This document shows, one piece after another, positions 1 to 11,144 of a stretch of DNA of 64,000 nt. Each line of letters begins with the position of its first letter. Position 1 is the first letter of the stretch. The translations under genes and the position numbers were made by a program. Origin of the DNA: Candidatus Latescibacterota bacterium (lineage in GTDB: Bacteria > Krumholzibacteriota > Krumholzibacteriia > WVZY01); NCBI GenBank assembly GCA_963791045.1, contig CAWBQK010000011.1:96001-160000 (forward strand), given 5' to 3'. The notes beneath the pieces are model-generated. The model was not told the DNA's origin. It searched no databases and saw nothing but the letters and a program-made list of their open reading frames with translations.

Positions 1-2
1 AG

Positions 3-254
3 AAGCATGAAAAGGTTCTCGACGATCCCAAGCCCGTTGTCAAGCTGCACACCCTCGGCGAGTCCTCGGTCGATTTCGTCGTCCGGCCGTGGGTCGCCGT
101 GGGAGATTATTGGGAAGTGTACTGGGACGTGACGCGGTCGGTGAAGATGCGCTTTGATGAGGAGGGTATATCGATTCCTTTCCCACAAAGGGACGTTCAT
201 ATATACGAAGAACAGATTGCAAACAGACAGGAGGTCGAGCGGAGCGATGATTAG
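3..254 (+). CDS. MscS mechanosensitive channel, C-terminal part (truncated by window start)
   Basis: Own translation from nt 3: KHEKVLDDPKPVVKLHTLGESSVDFVVRPWVAVGDYWEVYWDVTRSVKMRFDEEGISIPFPQRDVHI...*, a typical MscS C-terminus (SSVDFxVRxW, GISIPFPQRDVH); stop TAG at 252-254. Confidence 0.92.
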   Translation, partial: KHEKVLDDPKPVVKLHTLGESSVDFVVRPWVAVGDYWEVYWDVTRSVKMRFDEEGISIPFPQRDVHIYEEQIANRQEVERSDD

Positions 255-1353
255 AAATCGAAGAACAGTCCCGATCGGAGTGCTTTTGTTTGTCGTCAGC
301 CTTGTCGTTTTGTCGGGGTTCGCTCCCACCGCGACCGCCGAGACCTGGCAGCCCCCCGAGCCAAATGCCGAAGAGAGAGACTGGCTCAAGATGAAATCGG
401 GTGAGTGGTTGTGGGGAGATCTAAAAAGTCTCAGAGATAAGGACCTTGAATTCGACAGCGAAGAATTCGACCTGCAAAAACTGGACTGGGGCGATGTAAC
501 CGAGTTTCGGTCCGCGCGCATCCTCACTTACCGATTTGAGGATACCGGGGTGTATACCGGGACGGCGGTAGTCAAAGATGGTATCGTCAAAATTCAGACC
601 GGTACGGGCTTGCAGGAGCTTCCCCGAGAAGACCTCATCATGATTCTCGAGGGAGCGCAGAGAGAGATCGACTTCTGGTCGGCGAAGATGACGCTTGGAT
701 TTGTCGGGCGGAGCGGCAACTCGGACCAGACGGATTTCAACACAGCGATCAAGATACGGCGCCAGTCACCGAAAGCCCGCTGGGACAACAAGTACGTCGG
801 GAACTTCGGAGAAGTCAGTGGGGAAGAGAACATCAACAATCACGATTTCTCGTCGGCGTTGGACATGCTCCTCCGGGCGGGATTCTTTGTGACGCCGGGG
901 GCTCTGAATCTGTTTCATGACAGATTCCAGAATATCGATTTGAGGACGACGATTGCAGCCGGTATGGGTTACTTTATCATGCGCGGCGGCGACATCGACT
1001 GGTCTGTCGGATTGGGCGCCGGGTATGTGAACACAAAATTCGGGTCGGTTCAGGAAGGAGAGTCGGATACCGATGACACTTTCGCGATGATCCCGACGAC
1101 CGGTGTCGAGTGGGATATTACCGGCGACATCGAATTCGACTTCAACTACAGGCTGCAATTGGCCGTTCCCGAGACGAGAAACTCGTTCCATCACGCGGGG
1201 GGAACGTTATCATTCGATATCTGGGGTGACATTCTCGACCTTGATTTATCGCTTACATGGGACCGTGTGGAGAGCCCGAGAGCCGACGCGGACGGAAATG
1301 TGCCGCAGAGGGACGATTTCCGGAGTACGATCGGCATCGGAATAGATCTGTAG
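247..1353 (+). CDS. DUF481/YdiY-family outer-membrane beta-barrel protein
   Basis: ATG 247 overlaps the MscS stop, GGAGG upstream; signal peptide; N-terminal 'DWLKMKSGEWLWG' domain, 'GRSGNSDQTD', alternating beta-strands, ends IGIGIDL. Confidence 0.8.
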   Translation: MIRNRRTVPIGVLLFVVSLVVLSGFAPTATAETWQPPEPNAEERDWLKMKSGEWLWGDLKSLRDKDLEFDSEEFDLQKLDWGDVTEFRSARILTYRFEDTGVYTGTAVVKDGIVKIQTGTGLQELPREDLIMILEGAQREIDFWSAKMTLGFVGRSGNSDQTDFNTAIKIRRQSPKARWDNKYVGNFGEVSGEENINNHDFSSALDMLLRAGFFVTPGALNLFHDRFQNIDLRTTIAAGMGYFIMRGGDIDWSVGLGAGYVNTKFGSVQEGESDTDDTFAMIPTTGVEWDITGDIEFDFNYRLQLAVPETRNSFHHAGGTLSFDIWGDILDLDLSLTWDRVESPRADADGNVPQRDDFRSTIGIGIDL

Positions 1354-1381
1354 CCTTCCTCTACAAAAGGAGCGAATCGCC

Positions 1382-2494
1382 GTGGAAAATTCAAAGGGGT
1401 CTCCCGGAAACCAGGACTACCTGGCGAAATCCCTCAACATCGCGGTCCACCTGTCGATAGTCGCAATCATCCTCTTCAGCAGTTTGAAGATTATCAGTCC
1501 GTTCTTGATGCCGGTCTTGTGGGGGGTATTGATTGCCGTCGCGCTTCACCCGCTTTTTGAAAAGATGAAGTCGGGGCTCGGCGGCAAGAGCAAACTGGCC
1601 GGTGCGATATTCATAGTGGTGGGCTTGCTGTTGTTGATCGCGCCCACGGTGTGGCTCGCCGATTCGCTTGTCGGCGGCGCGCGTGAGATCGGTGGACAAT
1701 TAGAACAGGGCACCTTAAAGGTTCCGCCACCGGACGCCTCGGTCAAGGAATGGCCTGTAATCGGGGAGTCGGTTTACCAAACCTGGACCGATGCTTCGGT
1801 GAATCTTGAAGGTACAGCGACAAAGCTCGCCCCTCAACTCAAAGCACTCGGCACGCGATTAGCGGGATTTGTTGCCGGCATAGGAGCGGCGTTCATTCAA
1901 AGCTTGTTTGCGATCGTAATCGCCGGAATATTACTCATCAATTCTACGGGGGCGGGAAGAACGGCGCGGGCGATTGGCCGCACTCTGGCGGGGGAGACGG
2001 GCGTCGGGCTGGTGAACATATCAACCGCGACCATTCGCAGCGTGGTGAAGGGAGTGCTTCTTGTCTCTGTGATTCAATCGCTTCTTGCCGCGGTCGGGCT
2101 TGTAATTGCCGGTGTGCCGGCCGCCGGCCTATGGTCCCTTCTGGTTTTGATTGTGGCAATCATGCAGCTGCCGCCGGTCTTGATTCTCGGTCCGATTGCC
2201 GTCTGGGTGTTTTCTTCGAATGACAGCACGGTTATCGCGGTTTTCTTTTTGATCTACAGTTTGGTTGTCAGCGGGGCCGACGGTCCTCTCAAAGCGGTAC
2301 TTCTCGGACGCGGGGTTCAGATCCCAATGGTAGTCATCCTCATCGGCGCGATCGGGGGAATGCTCGGCGCGGGGATCATAGGATTGTTCGTCGGCGCGGT
2401 GATCCTTTCGATTGGCTATCAGCTCGTCACGGAGTGGATCGATTATGCTTCCGAGAAGACTGAAGAAGACTCTCCGGATACAACGAGCGCTTAA
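1382..2494 (+). CDS. AI-2E family transporter
   Basis: Multi-TM; PFLMPVLWGVLIAVALHPL and GAIGGMLGAGIIGLFVGAVILS motifs. Confidence 0.9.
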   Translation: MENSKGSPGNQDYLAKSLNIAVHLSIVAIILFSSLKIISPFLMPVLWGVLIAVALHPLFEKMKSGLGGKSKLAGAIFIVVGLLLLIAPTVWLADSLVGGAREIGGQLEQGTLKVPPPDASVKEWPVIGESVYQTWTDASVNLEGTATKLAPQLKALGTRLAGFVAGIGAAFIQSLFAIVIAGILLINSTGAGRTARAIGRTLAGETGVGLVNISTATIRSVVKGVLLVSVIQSLLAAVGLVIAGVPAAGLWSLLVLIVAIMQLPPVLILGPIAVWVFSSNDSTVIAVFFLIYSLVVSGADGPLKAVLLGRGVQIPMVVILIGAIGGMLGAGIIGLFVGAVILSIGYQLVTEWIDYASEKTEEDSPDTTSA

Positions 2495-2519
2495 TTCAAC
2501 TATGTATCAGGAGTGAGAC

Positions 2520-3665
2520 ATGTCAGACGACAGGAATGCGCAAGAACAGCCGTCGCCCGCGTCCGATTCCGTCAGCGCCGGCGACACGGCCACACCTAAA
2601 AAGGACCCGATCCGACGGATCACCGGGATCGTTCTCGGCGTGTGTCTCGTTATATTGACCTGGTACATAACGGCGGATCGACTTGCCCCGTACACCGATC
2701 AGGCGAAGATCGTCGGGCTCGTCGTCCCGGTGGTGCCCAGGGTTTCCGGGTATTTGACCGATGTCAATGTTCGGCTTCACAGCGTGGTCGACGAGAACGA
2801 CGTCCTTTTTCAGATCGACAAACGACCGTTCGAACTGGCCGTGAAAAACGCCGAGGCGAACTTCGACCGCGCCGCGCAGCAGGTGGGCGCCCGTACGGCG
2901 ACCGTAAAATCCGCCATGGCAAGCGTTGGGGTCGCACGGGCTCAACTCGACCGCGCCCAGCGTAACTTCGATCGAACGCAGCAGGTTCTCGAAAACAATC
3001 CCGGGGCATTGTCGCAGGCGGATCGCGACCGTTCCGAAACTGGGCTGGCACAGGCGGTGGAACGGGTGGCGTCGGCGGAAGCCAATCTCGAAAAGGCACA
3101 GGAACAGTTGGGTGCGGTTGGCCCGGACAACCCCGATCTTCGGGCCGCGATGGTGGCGCTCGAGCAGGCTCAGCTCGATCTTGCTTTCACTACGCTGTAC
3201 GCGCCGTCCCGCGGAGTGATTGAGAGTTTTAACGTCGATGTGGGCCACTACGCCGCGGCGGGACAGCCGCTTGCCACATTCATCACGATCCACGATGTGT
3301 GGATCCAGGCGGACATGCGCGAGAACAACATCGCGAACATAAAACCCGGTGCGCGCGCGGAGTTTGTTCTCGACGTCGCGCCCGGACGTGTCTTCAGCGG
3401 AACCGTTAGAAGCGTGGGGTTTGGCGTTGGATCACAGGGAGGAACGTCACGCGGTGAGCTCCAGACCGTTTCGAGTTCGCAGGGGTGGCTTCGGGACCCG
3501 CAGAGATTCCCCGTGATCATAGAGATCGAACCGGGCGAAGCCGCGGGTCTGCTGCGCGTGGGAGGACAGGCCGACGTTATTGTCTATACGGGAAACCATC
3601 ATATTTTGAACGCCATCGGTTGGGTGAATCTCCGGATAAGGGGGCTCCTGTCATATGTCCGTTAG
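2520..3665 (+). CDS. HlyD/EmrA-family membrane fusion protein
   Basis: Single N-terminal TM, 'PYTDQA..VPRVSG', coiled coil, 'LYAPSRGVI', 'WLRDPQRFPV'; RBS AGGAG. Confidence 0.92.
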   Translation: MSDDRNAQEQPSPASDSVSAGDTATPKKDPIRRITGIVLGVCLVILTWYITADRLAPYTDQAKIVGLVVPVVPRVSGYLTDVNVRLHSVVDENDVLFQIDKRPFELAVKNAEANFDRAAQQVGARTATVKSAMASVGVARAQLDRAQRNFDRTQQVLENNPGALSQADRDRSETGLAQAVERVASAEANLEKAQEQLGAVGPDNPDLRAAMVALEQAQLDLAFTTLYAPSRGVIESFNVDVGHYAAAGQPLATFITIHDVWIQADMRENNIANIKPGARAEFVLDVAPGRVFSGTVRSVGFGVGSQGGTSRGELQTVSSSQGWLRDPQRFPVIIEIEPGEAAGLLRVGGQADVIVYTGNHHILNAIGWVNLRIRGLLSYVR

Positions 3666-4731
3666 GACTGCCGCATGCGAAAGTTGGCTGGGAACCGGAG
3701 AAGCCTACTTGCGAAATCTCCGAATTCTTCGGTACGCGGCGGGCTCAGCTCTGGCAATGGTGGTGGCGATGGGATTTGGTTGGTCGTTGTCGTACCTGAC
3801 ACCCGTTCTTGCGCTCAGTTTTTTTGCGTTACCCAAGCCGCGACCGTCACTAAAAGATGGGGTCACGTTTGTTTCAGTGATCGCCGTTGCGTGCATCGCC
3901 GGGCTGTTTGTCGGCCAACAATTGATTCCGTATCCGTTTGTGTTTATCCCAATCATGGGTCTTCTCCTTTTTCGTCTTTTCTACGCAAAGTCAGGCGGTG
4001 CGCCGCCGCTTCTCGTTACATGGCTTATGATCGCCTTTCTGGTAATCCCGCTTATCACGCTGCAGTCACCGGCCGTTGCCAAATGGCTCGCCGCCGGGAT
4101 ACTCATCGGCGCCGCGGCGACAATACTCGTCGTCTGGCTCGCCTTCGGTCTTCTGCCCGATCCCGCCGGTGCTCACGCGGCGCCGTCTTCTCAGCCAAAA
4201 AGCGACGCCCCGGCGGCTCCATCGACCGGACAGCGCCTCCGTGATGCGGCTCTCAGCACGGTTGTTGTTCTCCCGGTCGTAGTGCTGTTTTATAGCCTCG
4301 AGTTTTTGAATTCAATCCTGATCATGATTTTTGTCGCGCTTCTCTCGATGCAACCCGGCTTCGCCAAAAACTTCAAGGCGGGCGCCGCGTTGATCGTTGG
4401 CAATGTCATCGGCGGGGCCGCGGCGATTCTTTTCTACAATCTGCTAGTGCTCGTTCCCGAACTCTATTTTCTTGTCATACTGACGTTGCTCGCCGGGTTG
4501 TTTTTTGGCACGCGTGTGTTTTCGGGTAAACCCACCGCGCCGTTGTATGGAATGGCCTTTTCGACGGTCCTCCTTGTTATCGGATCGGTGACGAGTGGAG
4601 AGGGCGATGCGGGCACCAAGGTGTATTCGCGGGTTCTCCAGATCATGATTGCCGTGGGGTATGTTGTGGTGGCCTTCGGGTTGGTGGAGCGCATATTCAA
4701 GCCCAAGGGGGGTGCGGCATCAAGCGGTTGA
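3655..4731 (+). CDS. DUF2955/FUSC-like inner-membrane efflux component
   Basis: About 10 TM segments, 'RILRYAAGSALA', 'GNVIGG'; lies between HlyD and outer-membrane factor genes with overlapping ends. Confidence 0.75.
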   Translation: MSVRTAACESWLGTGEAYLRNLRILRYAAGSALAMVVAMGFGWSLSYLTPVLALSFFALPKPRPSLKDGVTFVSVIAVACIAGLFVGQQLIPYPFVFIPIMGLLLFRLFYAKSGGAPPLLVTWLMIAFLVIPLITLQSPAVAKWLAAGILIGAAATILVVWLAFGLLPDPAGAHAAPSSQPKSDAPAAPSTGQRLRDAALSTVVVLPVVVLFYSLEFLNSILIMIFVALLSMQPGFAKNFKAGAALIVGNVIGGAAAILFYNLLVLVPELYFLVILTLLAGLFFGTRVFSGKPTAPLYGMAFSTVLLVIGSVTSGEGDAGTKVYSRVLQIMIAVGYVVVAFGLVERIFKPKGGAASSG

Positions 4732-6116
4732 TATTAATATTGGCGTTGCTAACCGCGGCGGGTTGCACGATGGGCCCCGACTACGAACGCCCGCCAATTG
4801 ACGAGCCCGTGGCATACCGCGACTCAATACCCCCGGGAGAGACGATCGCCTCGCTGCCCTGGTGGGAACTCTTCGGGGATCCGGTGCTGTTGGACCTCAT
4901 AGAGAAAACGCTTGCCAACAACCGCAACCTCCGTGCGTCGATGGCGCGGATCGATGAGGCGAGGGCGATCCTCGGAATCGTCCGATCCGACCTTTTTCCC
5001 CGTCTCGATTATTACGCCGACGGATCATATGACGGCTCATCGGCCGGTGACGGGAGCACATCGTCGAGCGCCCTTGCTTCGCTGAACGCGAGCTACCAGG
5101 TGGATCTTTGGGGCCGGATACGACGGGCCAATGAAGCGGCGGCCCAGGAGCTTCTCGCAACCGAAGAAGCGTATCGCGGCGTGACAATCACACTCGTCGC
5201 CGAAGTTGCCAACGCCTATCTTCTGATCCTCGATCTGGACAATCGGCTTTTGATTTCCGAACAGACTGTCGACACCAGGCAGCAAAGCCTGGATGTGGTC
5301 CGGTCGCGGTTCGATGCGGGGATGGTTTCGGAGGTTGACGTCAATCAGGCCGAAATCCAACTCGCAGAGGCGGAAGTGTCGGTGCAGACGTTCGAACGGC
5401 TCCGCGCGCAGACGGAAAATGCGCTCAGTATTGTGATGGGTGTGCCGCCGATGTCGATCGAACGCGGGTTGCCCCTGACGGAACAAGTATTGCCGCCCGT
5501 GATTCCCGCCGGTCTTCCGTCGGATCTCTTGATTCGTCGTCCGGATATAATTGAAGCGGAACGAAAACTTCACGCGCAAACAGCGAGGATTGGCGTGGCG
5601 GAGGCGCTCAAATTTCCGCAGTTCAATTTGACCGGTGACCTGGGAGCGCTTTTTGATGATGAGACGAGCGGTTTCTTTGGTCTTGGCGCGGAGTTTTTTG
5701 GGCCGTTGTTCAATGCGGGGGCAAATCAGCGCCAGGTCGATGTAGAGGTCGCGCGGACAAAACAATTGTTGAATCGGTACGAGCAAACCATTCTCGACGC
5801 CTACCGCGAAGTTGAAGACGCGCTGGTTTCAGTCCGCACCTATGGCGTTGAGTACGAGGCTCGCAAGCGTCAATTGGTGGCCGCCGAGAATGCGGCTGAT
5901 TTGTCATGGGTGCGTTACGAGGGCGGTATGACAAGTTATCTCGAAGTGCTTGATTTGCAGAGGTCGTTATTCAGCTCACAGCTCAAGGCGTCTGAAACCC
6001 GACAACTGCATCTGACCTCGGTAGTGCGACTCTATCAAGCGCTGGGTGGAGGTTGGGTGGCCGAGCAGGATACAACGACGACGCCCGGCAAAAAGGCACC
6101 GGATACCGATGAGTGA
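4728..6116 (+). CDS. Efflux outer-membrane lipoprotein (NodT/OprM/TolC family)
   Basis: Lipobox AAGC, 'GPDYERP', 'WWELFGDPVL', 'LPSDLLIRRPDI', 'LYQALGGGW'. Confidence 0.95.
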   Translation: MILILALLTAAGCTMGPDYERPPIDEPVAYRDSIPPGETIASLPWWELFGDPVLLDLIEKTLANNRNLRASMARIDEARAILGIVRSDLFPRLDYYADGSYDGSSAGDGSTSSSALASLNASYQVDLWGRIRRANEAAAQELLATEEAYRGVTITLVAEVANAYLLILDLDNRLLISEQTVDTRQQSLDVVRSRFDAGMVSEVDVNQAEIQLAEAEVSVQTFERLRAQTENALSIVMGVPPMSIERGLPLTEQVLPPVIPAGLPSDLLIRRPDIIEAERKLHAQTARIGVAEALKFPQFNLTGDLGALFDDETSGFFGLGAEFFGPLFNAGANQRQVDVEVARTKQLLNRYEQTILDAYREVEDALVSVRTYGVEYEARKRQLVAAENAADLSWVRYEGGMTSYLEVLDLQRSLFSSQLKASETRQLHLTSVVRLYQALGGGWVAEQDTTTTPGKKAPDTDE

Positions 6117-7950
6117 CATGGACCCAAAAAAAGGCGACAGGATGAAATTGCAACGAGTTCTTTGTTGGTTATCTGAACGACGGGGCGTCGCGGGACTACT
6201 CGTCGTGTTGTTGCCGCTTCTCGTCGTGATGGCGGTCGGCGCGCCATCGGCCAAGGAGGGAGCGGCCGACTCCGCAGAGAGTCAAGTTCAAGTGGCTCCC
6301 GTCGACACCATCCCACCCGACCTCGTGCGTGCACGCGAAATCCTCGGACAAATGGAAGCGACTCTCGACAGTATTCAGACACTCGAAGAACGGATGACGG
6401 GAAAAACCGAATCGCAAAAGGCGATCATACGAGTTCAGGGACGGCAGCAGTTCATAATTTTGAATGACTTGCAGCCCGATCTATTGAAGCTCATACCAAA
6501 ACTCAACGAGGCCGGGGTGCCCATCGACGACTTAATGAGCGGTTTTCAAGTGGTCGTGACGACATCAATGGACTACTACATACTAGCCCTCGATTCGTGG
6601 AACAAAGAAATTGACAGGTTGAGAAAACAGCGCGCGACGGTTTCCGCCGAAGACGTCGACGAGCTAGAAACGGAGATTGGCGAGGCAAGAGTCAAGCTCG
6701 ACAATATTTATGAGCTTCAGATGCACACGCTGACCGCCGGTGACTCTCTGAGGCTGGAGACGGGTGAGGAATGGGAGAACCTGGAGAGAGCCTTGAAGGA
6801 ACGCGCGGAGACGCTTGTCGGGCGGCTTCAAATCGCGGTAAAGGCCCGGGATAAGCTTGAGGAAAAAATCAAAGACGAGCAACGCGCGGGCGCCACTGAA
6901 GCGGAGATCGGCCCTGATCGGATTCGATTACAGCTTGCGAAGCGGCGGGTTGCGGGTATTGCCAAGAGCCTCGAGACCACGACGGACTTGCTCGGACAGA
7001 GGGGTTTTGAGACGACGCAGTACCGTCAGTTCGCGATCCAGACCACGGGAGAGATCACCAAGCGTATTCTCGATCCAAAAGTGTTTATAGGGCTGGTGAC
7101 GGACGGGGTGGGCAATCTCTGGGGATGGTTCAAGGATGCCGGGCCGATTTTATTCGTTAAACTCCTCATCTTAATTATATTCGTCATTGTTTTTCGTCTG
7201 GCGTTCATGCTGGCCTGGTGGATTCTTCGTTTCGTACGCGTGATTCGAGTGTCGCGTCTCATGGCCGACATAGTAGGCAGAATGTTGAATCCGGTGGCGA
7301 CCACTCTTGGTATTCTCACGGGGCTGTGGTTTGTCGGAGTCAACCCGACAACACTTCTCGCCGGCGTTGGCGTGCTGGGCGTTGTCGTTGGTTTGGCCCT
7401 TCAGGATTCTCTGGCCAACCTCGCTGCCGGCTTCTTTATTTTGGTCACACAGCCGTTCGACGTAGACGATACGGTGGTCGGTGGCGGCGTTTTGGGGACC
7501 GTGAAAACGATGGGGCTTGCCAACACGACCATCGTTACATTTGACGGCCGTCGGGTGATGGTTCCCAACCGCAAGGTTTGGGGGGAAAACATTGAAAACC
7601 GCTCGGCGGAATTTATCCGGCGGGCCGAAATTACGGTCAAAATAAGCTATGACGAGGATATCGACAAGGCGCTGGAGATCATACGTGATCTGATGGCATC
7701 GGAGGAACGCGTGCTCGAATCCCCCGAGCCGCTAATATTTGTATCCAATCTGGCCGACTCCTGGGTGGAAATCGCGGTGCGTCCGTGGACGGCGAATAAG
7801 GACTGGTGGCCGCTTCTTACCGATCTGCCTCGCCTGGTTCGCAACCGTTTTGCGGAGCGTGGTATTGAGATACCGGTTCCAAGAAGAGATGTTTCGATCG
7901 GACAGGACGGCAAAAACGCCCATGATGACGCGGGCAAGACGACAAAATAG
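6109..7950 (+). CDS. Large MscS-family channel with N-terminal periplasmic helical region
   Basis: 'GLALQDSLANLAAGFFIL..PFDVDD', 'MVPNRKVW', 'GIEIPVPRRDV'; start uncertain (ATG 6109, 6118 or 6142). Confidence 0.88.
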   Translation: MSDMDPKKGDRMKLQRVLCWLSERRGVAGLLVVLLPLLVVMAVGAPSAKEGAADSAESQVQVAPVDTIPPDLVRAREILGQMEATLDSIQTLEERMTGKTESQKAIIRVQGRQQFIILNDLQPDLLKLIPKLNEAGVPIDDLMSGFQVVVTTSMDYYILALDSWNKEIDRLRKQRATVSAEDVDELETEIGEARVKLDNIYELQMHTLTAGDSLRLETGEEWENLERALKERAETLVGRLQIAVKARDKLEEKIKDEQRAGATEAEIGPDRIRLQLAKRRVAGIAKSLETTTDLLGQRGFETTQYRQFAIQTTGEITKRILDPKVFIGLVTDGVGNLWGWFKDAGPILFVKLLILIIFVIVFRLAFMLAWWILRFVRVIRVSRLMADIVGRMLNPVATTLGILTGLWFVGVNPTTLLAGVGVLGVVVGLALQDSLANLAAGFFILVTQPFDVDDTVVGGGVLGTVKTMGLANTTIVTFDGRRVMVPNRKVWGENIENRSAEFIRRAEITVKISYDEDIDKALEIIRDLMASEERVLESPEPLIFVSNLADSWVEIAVRPWTANKDWWPLLTDLPRLVRNRFAERGIEIPVPRRDVSIGQDGKNAHDDAGKTTK

Positions 7951-7965
7951 CTGAAGGAGTTTCGT

Positions 7966-10900
7966 ATGTACCGGCTTCGAAAGACATTTGTCACGGTGTT
8001 CGCGGTCGCCCTGGCCCTGGCGTTTGCGGCGGAAGCACAGGAACGCCGCTCGCCCGGTGAAGGCGGCGAAACCTACTCATTGGGTCTTCCCGGCCGGAAC
8101 CTCGCCCACGGGGGAATTACCGGAGGGGCGTATCTTCGAGGTGATAACAAGGACTTTGTGTCCTATGCGACAATTGCGACGTACAGGGACTTTGCACACC
8201 CGGCGTACACAATTATGGGTTTTTGGGGCGAACTTTACGGTGGTTACAGAGACTCTCGGGGTGGTGGGGAGATTGATGGAGGCGCGAGAGCGATGGTCAT
8301 GGCGCCAGCATTCAAGATCGGCGGCGGGGTTGATTACAACGTCCTCGATGGCACCATGGACGCGATCTTCTCGCTGGTGCTCCCGCTTCGGCGCGGCGGA
8401 ATCCTGGGTCACGGGAGTGCGCTCCGGGTCGACTGGCTTCCTGACAGGGGCCACTCGTTCAATATCGGTATTGATATGGCACTCCAAAGGTATGCGGGCA
8501 AGACTCGTCCCGACAAAGACCATGTCAAGTTCTCCAAATCAAGATCGCTCCCTGTTGATTATACGGTTACCGACCCCAATCTCGAAGACGCGCTGACAAA
8601 CATCGGCGATGCGGCGCACTGGATCAACCGGCTCACCGTGCCGTTTCTCGATCACAAGGGTTTCAAAGAAAAGAGTGGGATCGAACAGTTCCGCGAAGGA
8701 ACTGGACGCGATGAAAACACACATGGCGTCGACCAATCCACTGTACCCGAACGGCCGGACGATTCACGAAGAGGTCAGGGTGTATCACGAAGAGCTGGAC
8801 CGGGCGTTTTCGATTGCCGCGTCGGGGGAAACCTTCGTCCCCGGCAAGAGAATGAACTTGGTCGGATGGTGTCGACAGGGCGCTCGAGAAATTCTTTTTG
8901 AGGAGATCATCCTCCGATACGACCGACTCCTCGGTCAGAGAAAGAAGAACGACAGTGTGTTTGGTCTGGGCGTCAACGCCCGGGGGCTTTTCTCGCGTTG
9001 GGTCAATACGGAGACCGCTGTGGATGATGAGAATATCGACGCGGTACTCTCAGTTTTCGAAACGCTCATCGAGATCGTGGAGGAGAATCGGGCGTGGGCT
9101 AAAGACAAGTGGGAGGACTCCCGGCTCGTGTGGATACCGATGCAGTATGCGTTGCGGCCCGAGCAACACGACACGCAGGCGGAGATGGACCTTTTGGTCG
9201 AGCAAGCCACCCGGCACGCTTTCACAAACGGAAATGAAGTCTATCTATATTATCAATGAACAGTTCCAATTCGAGGTTCAGAAGCAAATACTCGCCGCCG
9301 AAGACTATCACGTATTGTGGATACATGATTTCCGTGGCGTGGATGGCGCCGGGGACCCGGACCTCGTTTCTTTCGCGCAAGTTGTGACGTCGTATTTCAA
9401 GGCGATGACCGATCGGATCCGTGCCTACGATGACACGGGTAAGTTTCCCGTCTATCTGATTGTCCAGGATCAGTTCTACTACGAGAACAATAAGAGCCGC
9501 CGGTGGCACAAGCTTCTCATGGATCCAATGGGTCACAAGATTAATCTGCCCAAAGATTTCAAATGGATGGAAGCAGCGATCGACAGCGCGCAAACCGAGC
9601 TTCGTGATGCCGTGGCGAACTCGCAACTCCTCCAGGCGGAGGCCCGTGAGTACGGGGACGACTGGCTTGAGAATCGGATAAAGGTGCATGTGAGTATCAC
9701 TCAGCCGGCGGATATGTCGTTTTGGAGTCACACCGTGCTGCCGGTTCTCGGTCTCCACGACAACTACGTTCGCGACCACCGCAAGATTTCGTTCTATGAT
9801 GTCACGGAAGACGATCCGTTCAAAGGCGGCGCCATCTATACGGGGATGGGAATCGGTGAGCACTACATGGGGGCGTCATGGGAGGATCGCGCCATTCTGG
9901 CCAAGGGGCCGGCGCTTCTCGATTTGAAAGGAGCGTGCGTGCAGCTTCTCCAGCAGAACGGGTTTGAAGACGATGAGATTCCGCATGTGCTTCGTTCGAA
10001 GCCCAAGCCGTGCAACTACGACGAAATGGTCGCGGCGGGCGCTTCTCCCGAGAATTCCGCCCGTGCGGTCGAACTCCACAATGTCGTCGGGTTCGGGCCA
10101 AAGAGGATCAGCGTTTTCAAGGCGATGATATACACGCTCATGCCCCCGGGTTCTGTGCTGCTCATGCCCGATTTCGTATGGCAGAGTCCTCTATGGGGAT
10201 CGATGGCGGTCGGCGGCGCGCTTCGCGGGACGAGATCCTTGATCGTATTTCCGTCACTTCCCAACCAACCGAGCCCTTCGGGTATTCCACAATCGAGGGC
10301 GCGTGAACTATTCCGCCGCCTGATCCAGGTTCAGCATTTCTTCAAGGAAGAATTTGCGGGGAGCGGCGGCATGTTAAAAACGGGTTTCTACGACCTGGAC
10401 ATGGATGTCAGGGATCTTCGCGCCCGCGTGGCGAAGTCGGCCAACTCTTTCAGGAAATATCCGTTTCTTCTCGAACTCGTACACGGGGAAGGGGTTGACC
10501 TCGACAAGTTCGAAGCGTCGCTTCAGCAACTGCTCGACGATGAAGGGTTCGAGATTCACCATTCGGTCGATGACGCGTTGGTCCGGCGCCCTCAACTGCA
10601 CATGAAGGCCCAGTTTTATGCATCTTCCGAAGCATGGGATACATTTTTCTCGCTGCGGGATGAGACATTGGCGTCTCGTACCTACCTCATGGCCTGGGCG
10701 CGGCAGCTGCGCGACGGCGTGAGCGATCCCAGCCAGTTCCACAAGGAAATGGCGCCTGTGATCGAAGACTTCATGAAAAAGGCCGAGGGACGGCTTAGTA
10801 GCGAGACCTGGGAGAAAGCAATTATTTATCTCAGTGTCGGATCGCAAAACATGGATTACCGGGGAATGTTCCTCGACGGCGAAGTTGTTTTCGTTGCGAG

Positions 10901-11051
10901 CCGCGGCGGCGTGCTGACCGGCTTATTCGATCTGATGCACGTAATGGGTTCATCCGATTGGGTTGACGACGAGGCTCAGCTCGATCATTACATGGGGTCG
11001 TACGGGTGGTTTACGCGTCACATATCGCGCTGGGCGACACCTTTACAGTAG
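7966..11051 (+). CDS. Exported phospholipase D-superfamily protein with beta-rich N-terminus, split over three ORFs by frameshifts
   Basis: ORFs 7966-8901, 8609-9259 and 8898-11051 join if one base is removed near 8691 and one near 9245; signal peptide (AAEA/Q); HRKISFYD (HxKxxxxD), second LHMKAQFYA, and GSQNMDYRG. Confidence 0.7.
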
Positions 11052-11144
11052 GTTTGGGTTCAAACAGGAGAGTTTGCGCATTCGGAAAATACCGTGTTTA
11101 GTGTTTTTGTGTCGAAACCCGTATCGGATAAACTCAAAATCATC

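Noticed and set aside
8685-9260. Programmed ribosomal frameshifting in the PLD gene
   Set aside because: No slippery heptamer at the junctions, and similar single-base insertions occur in unrelated genes
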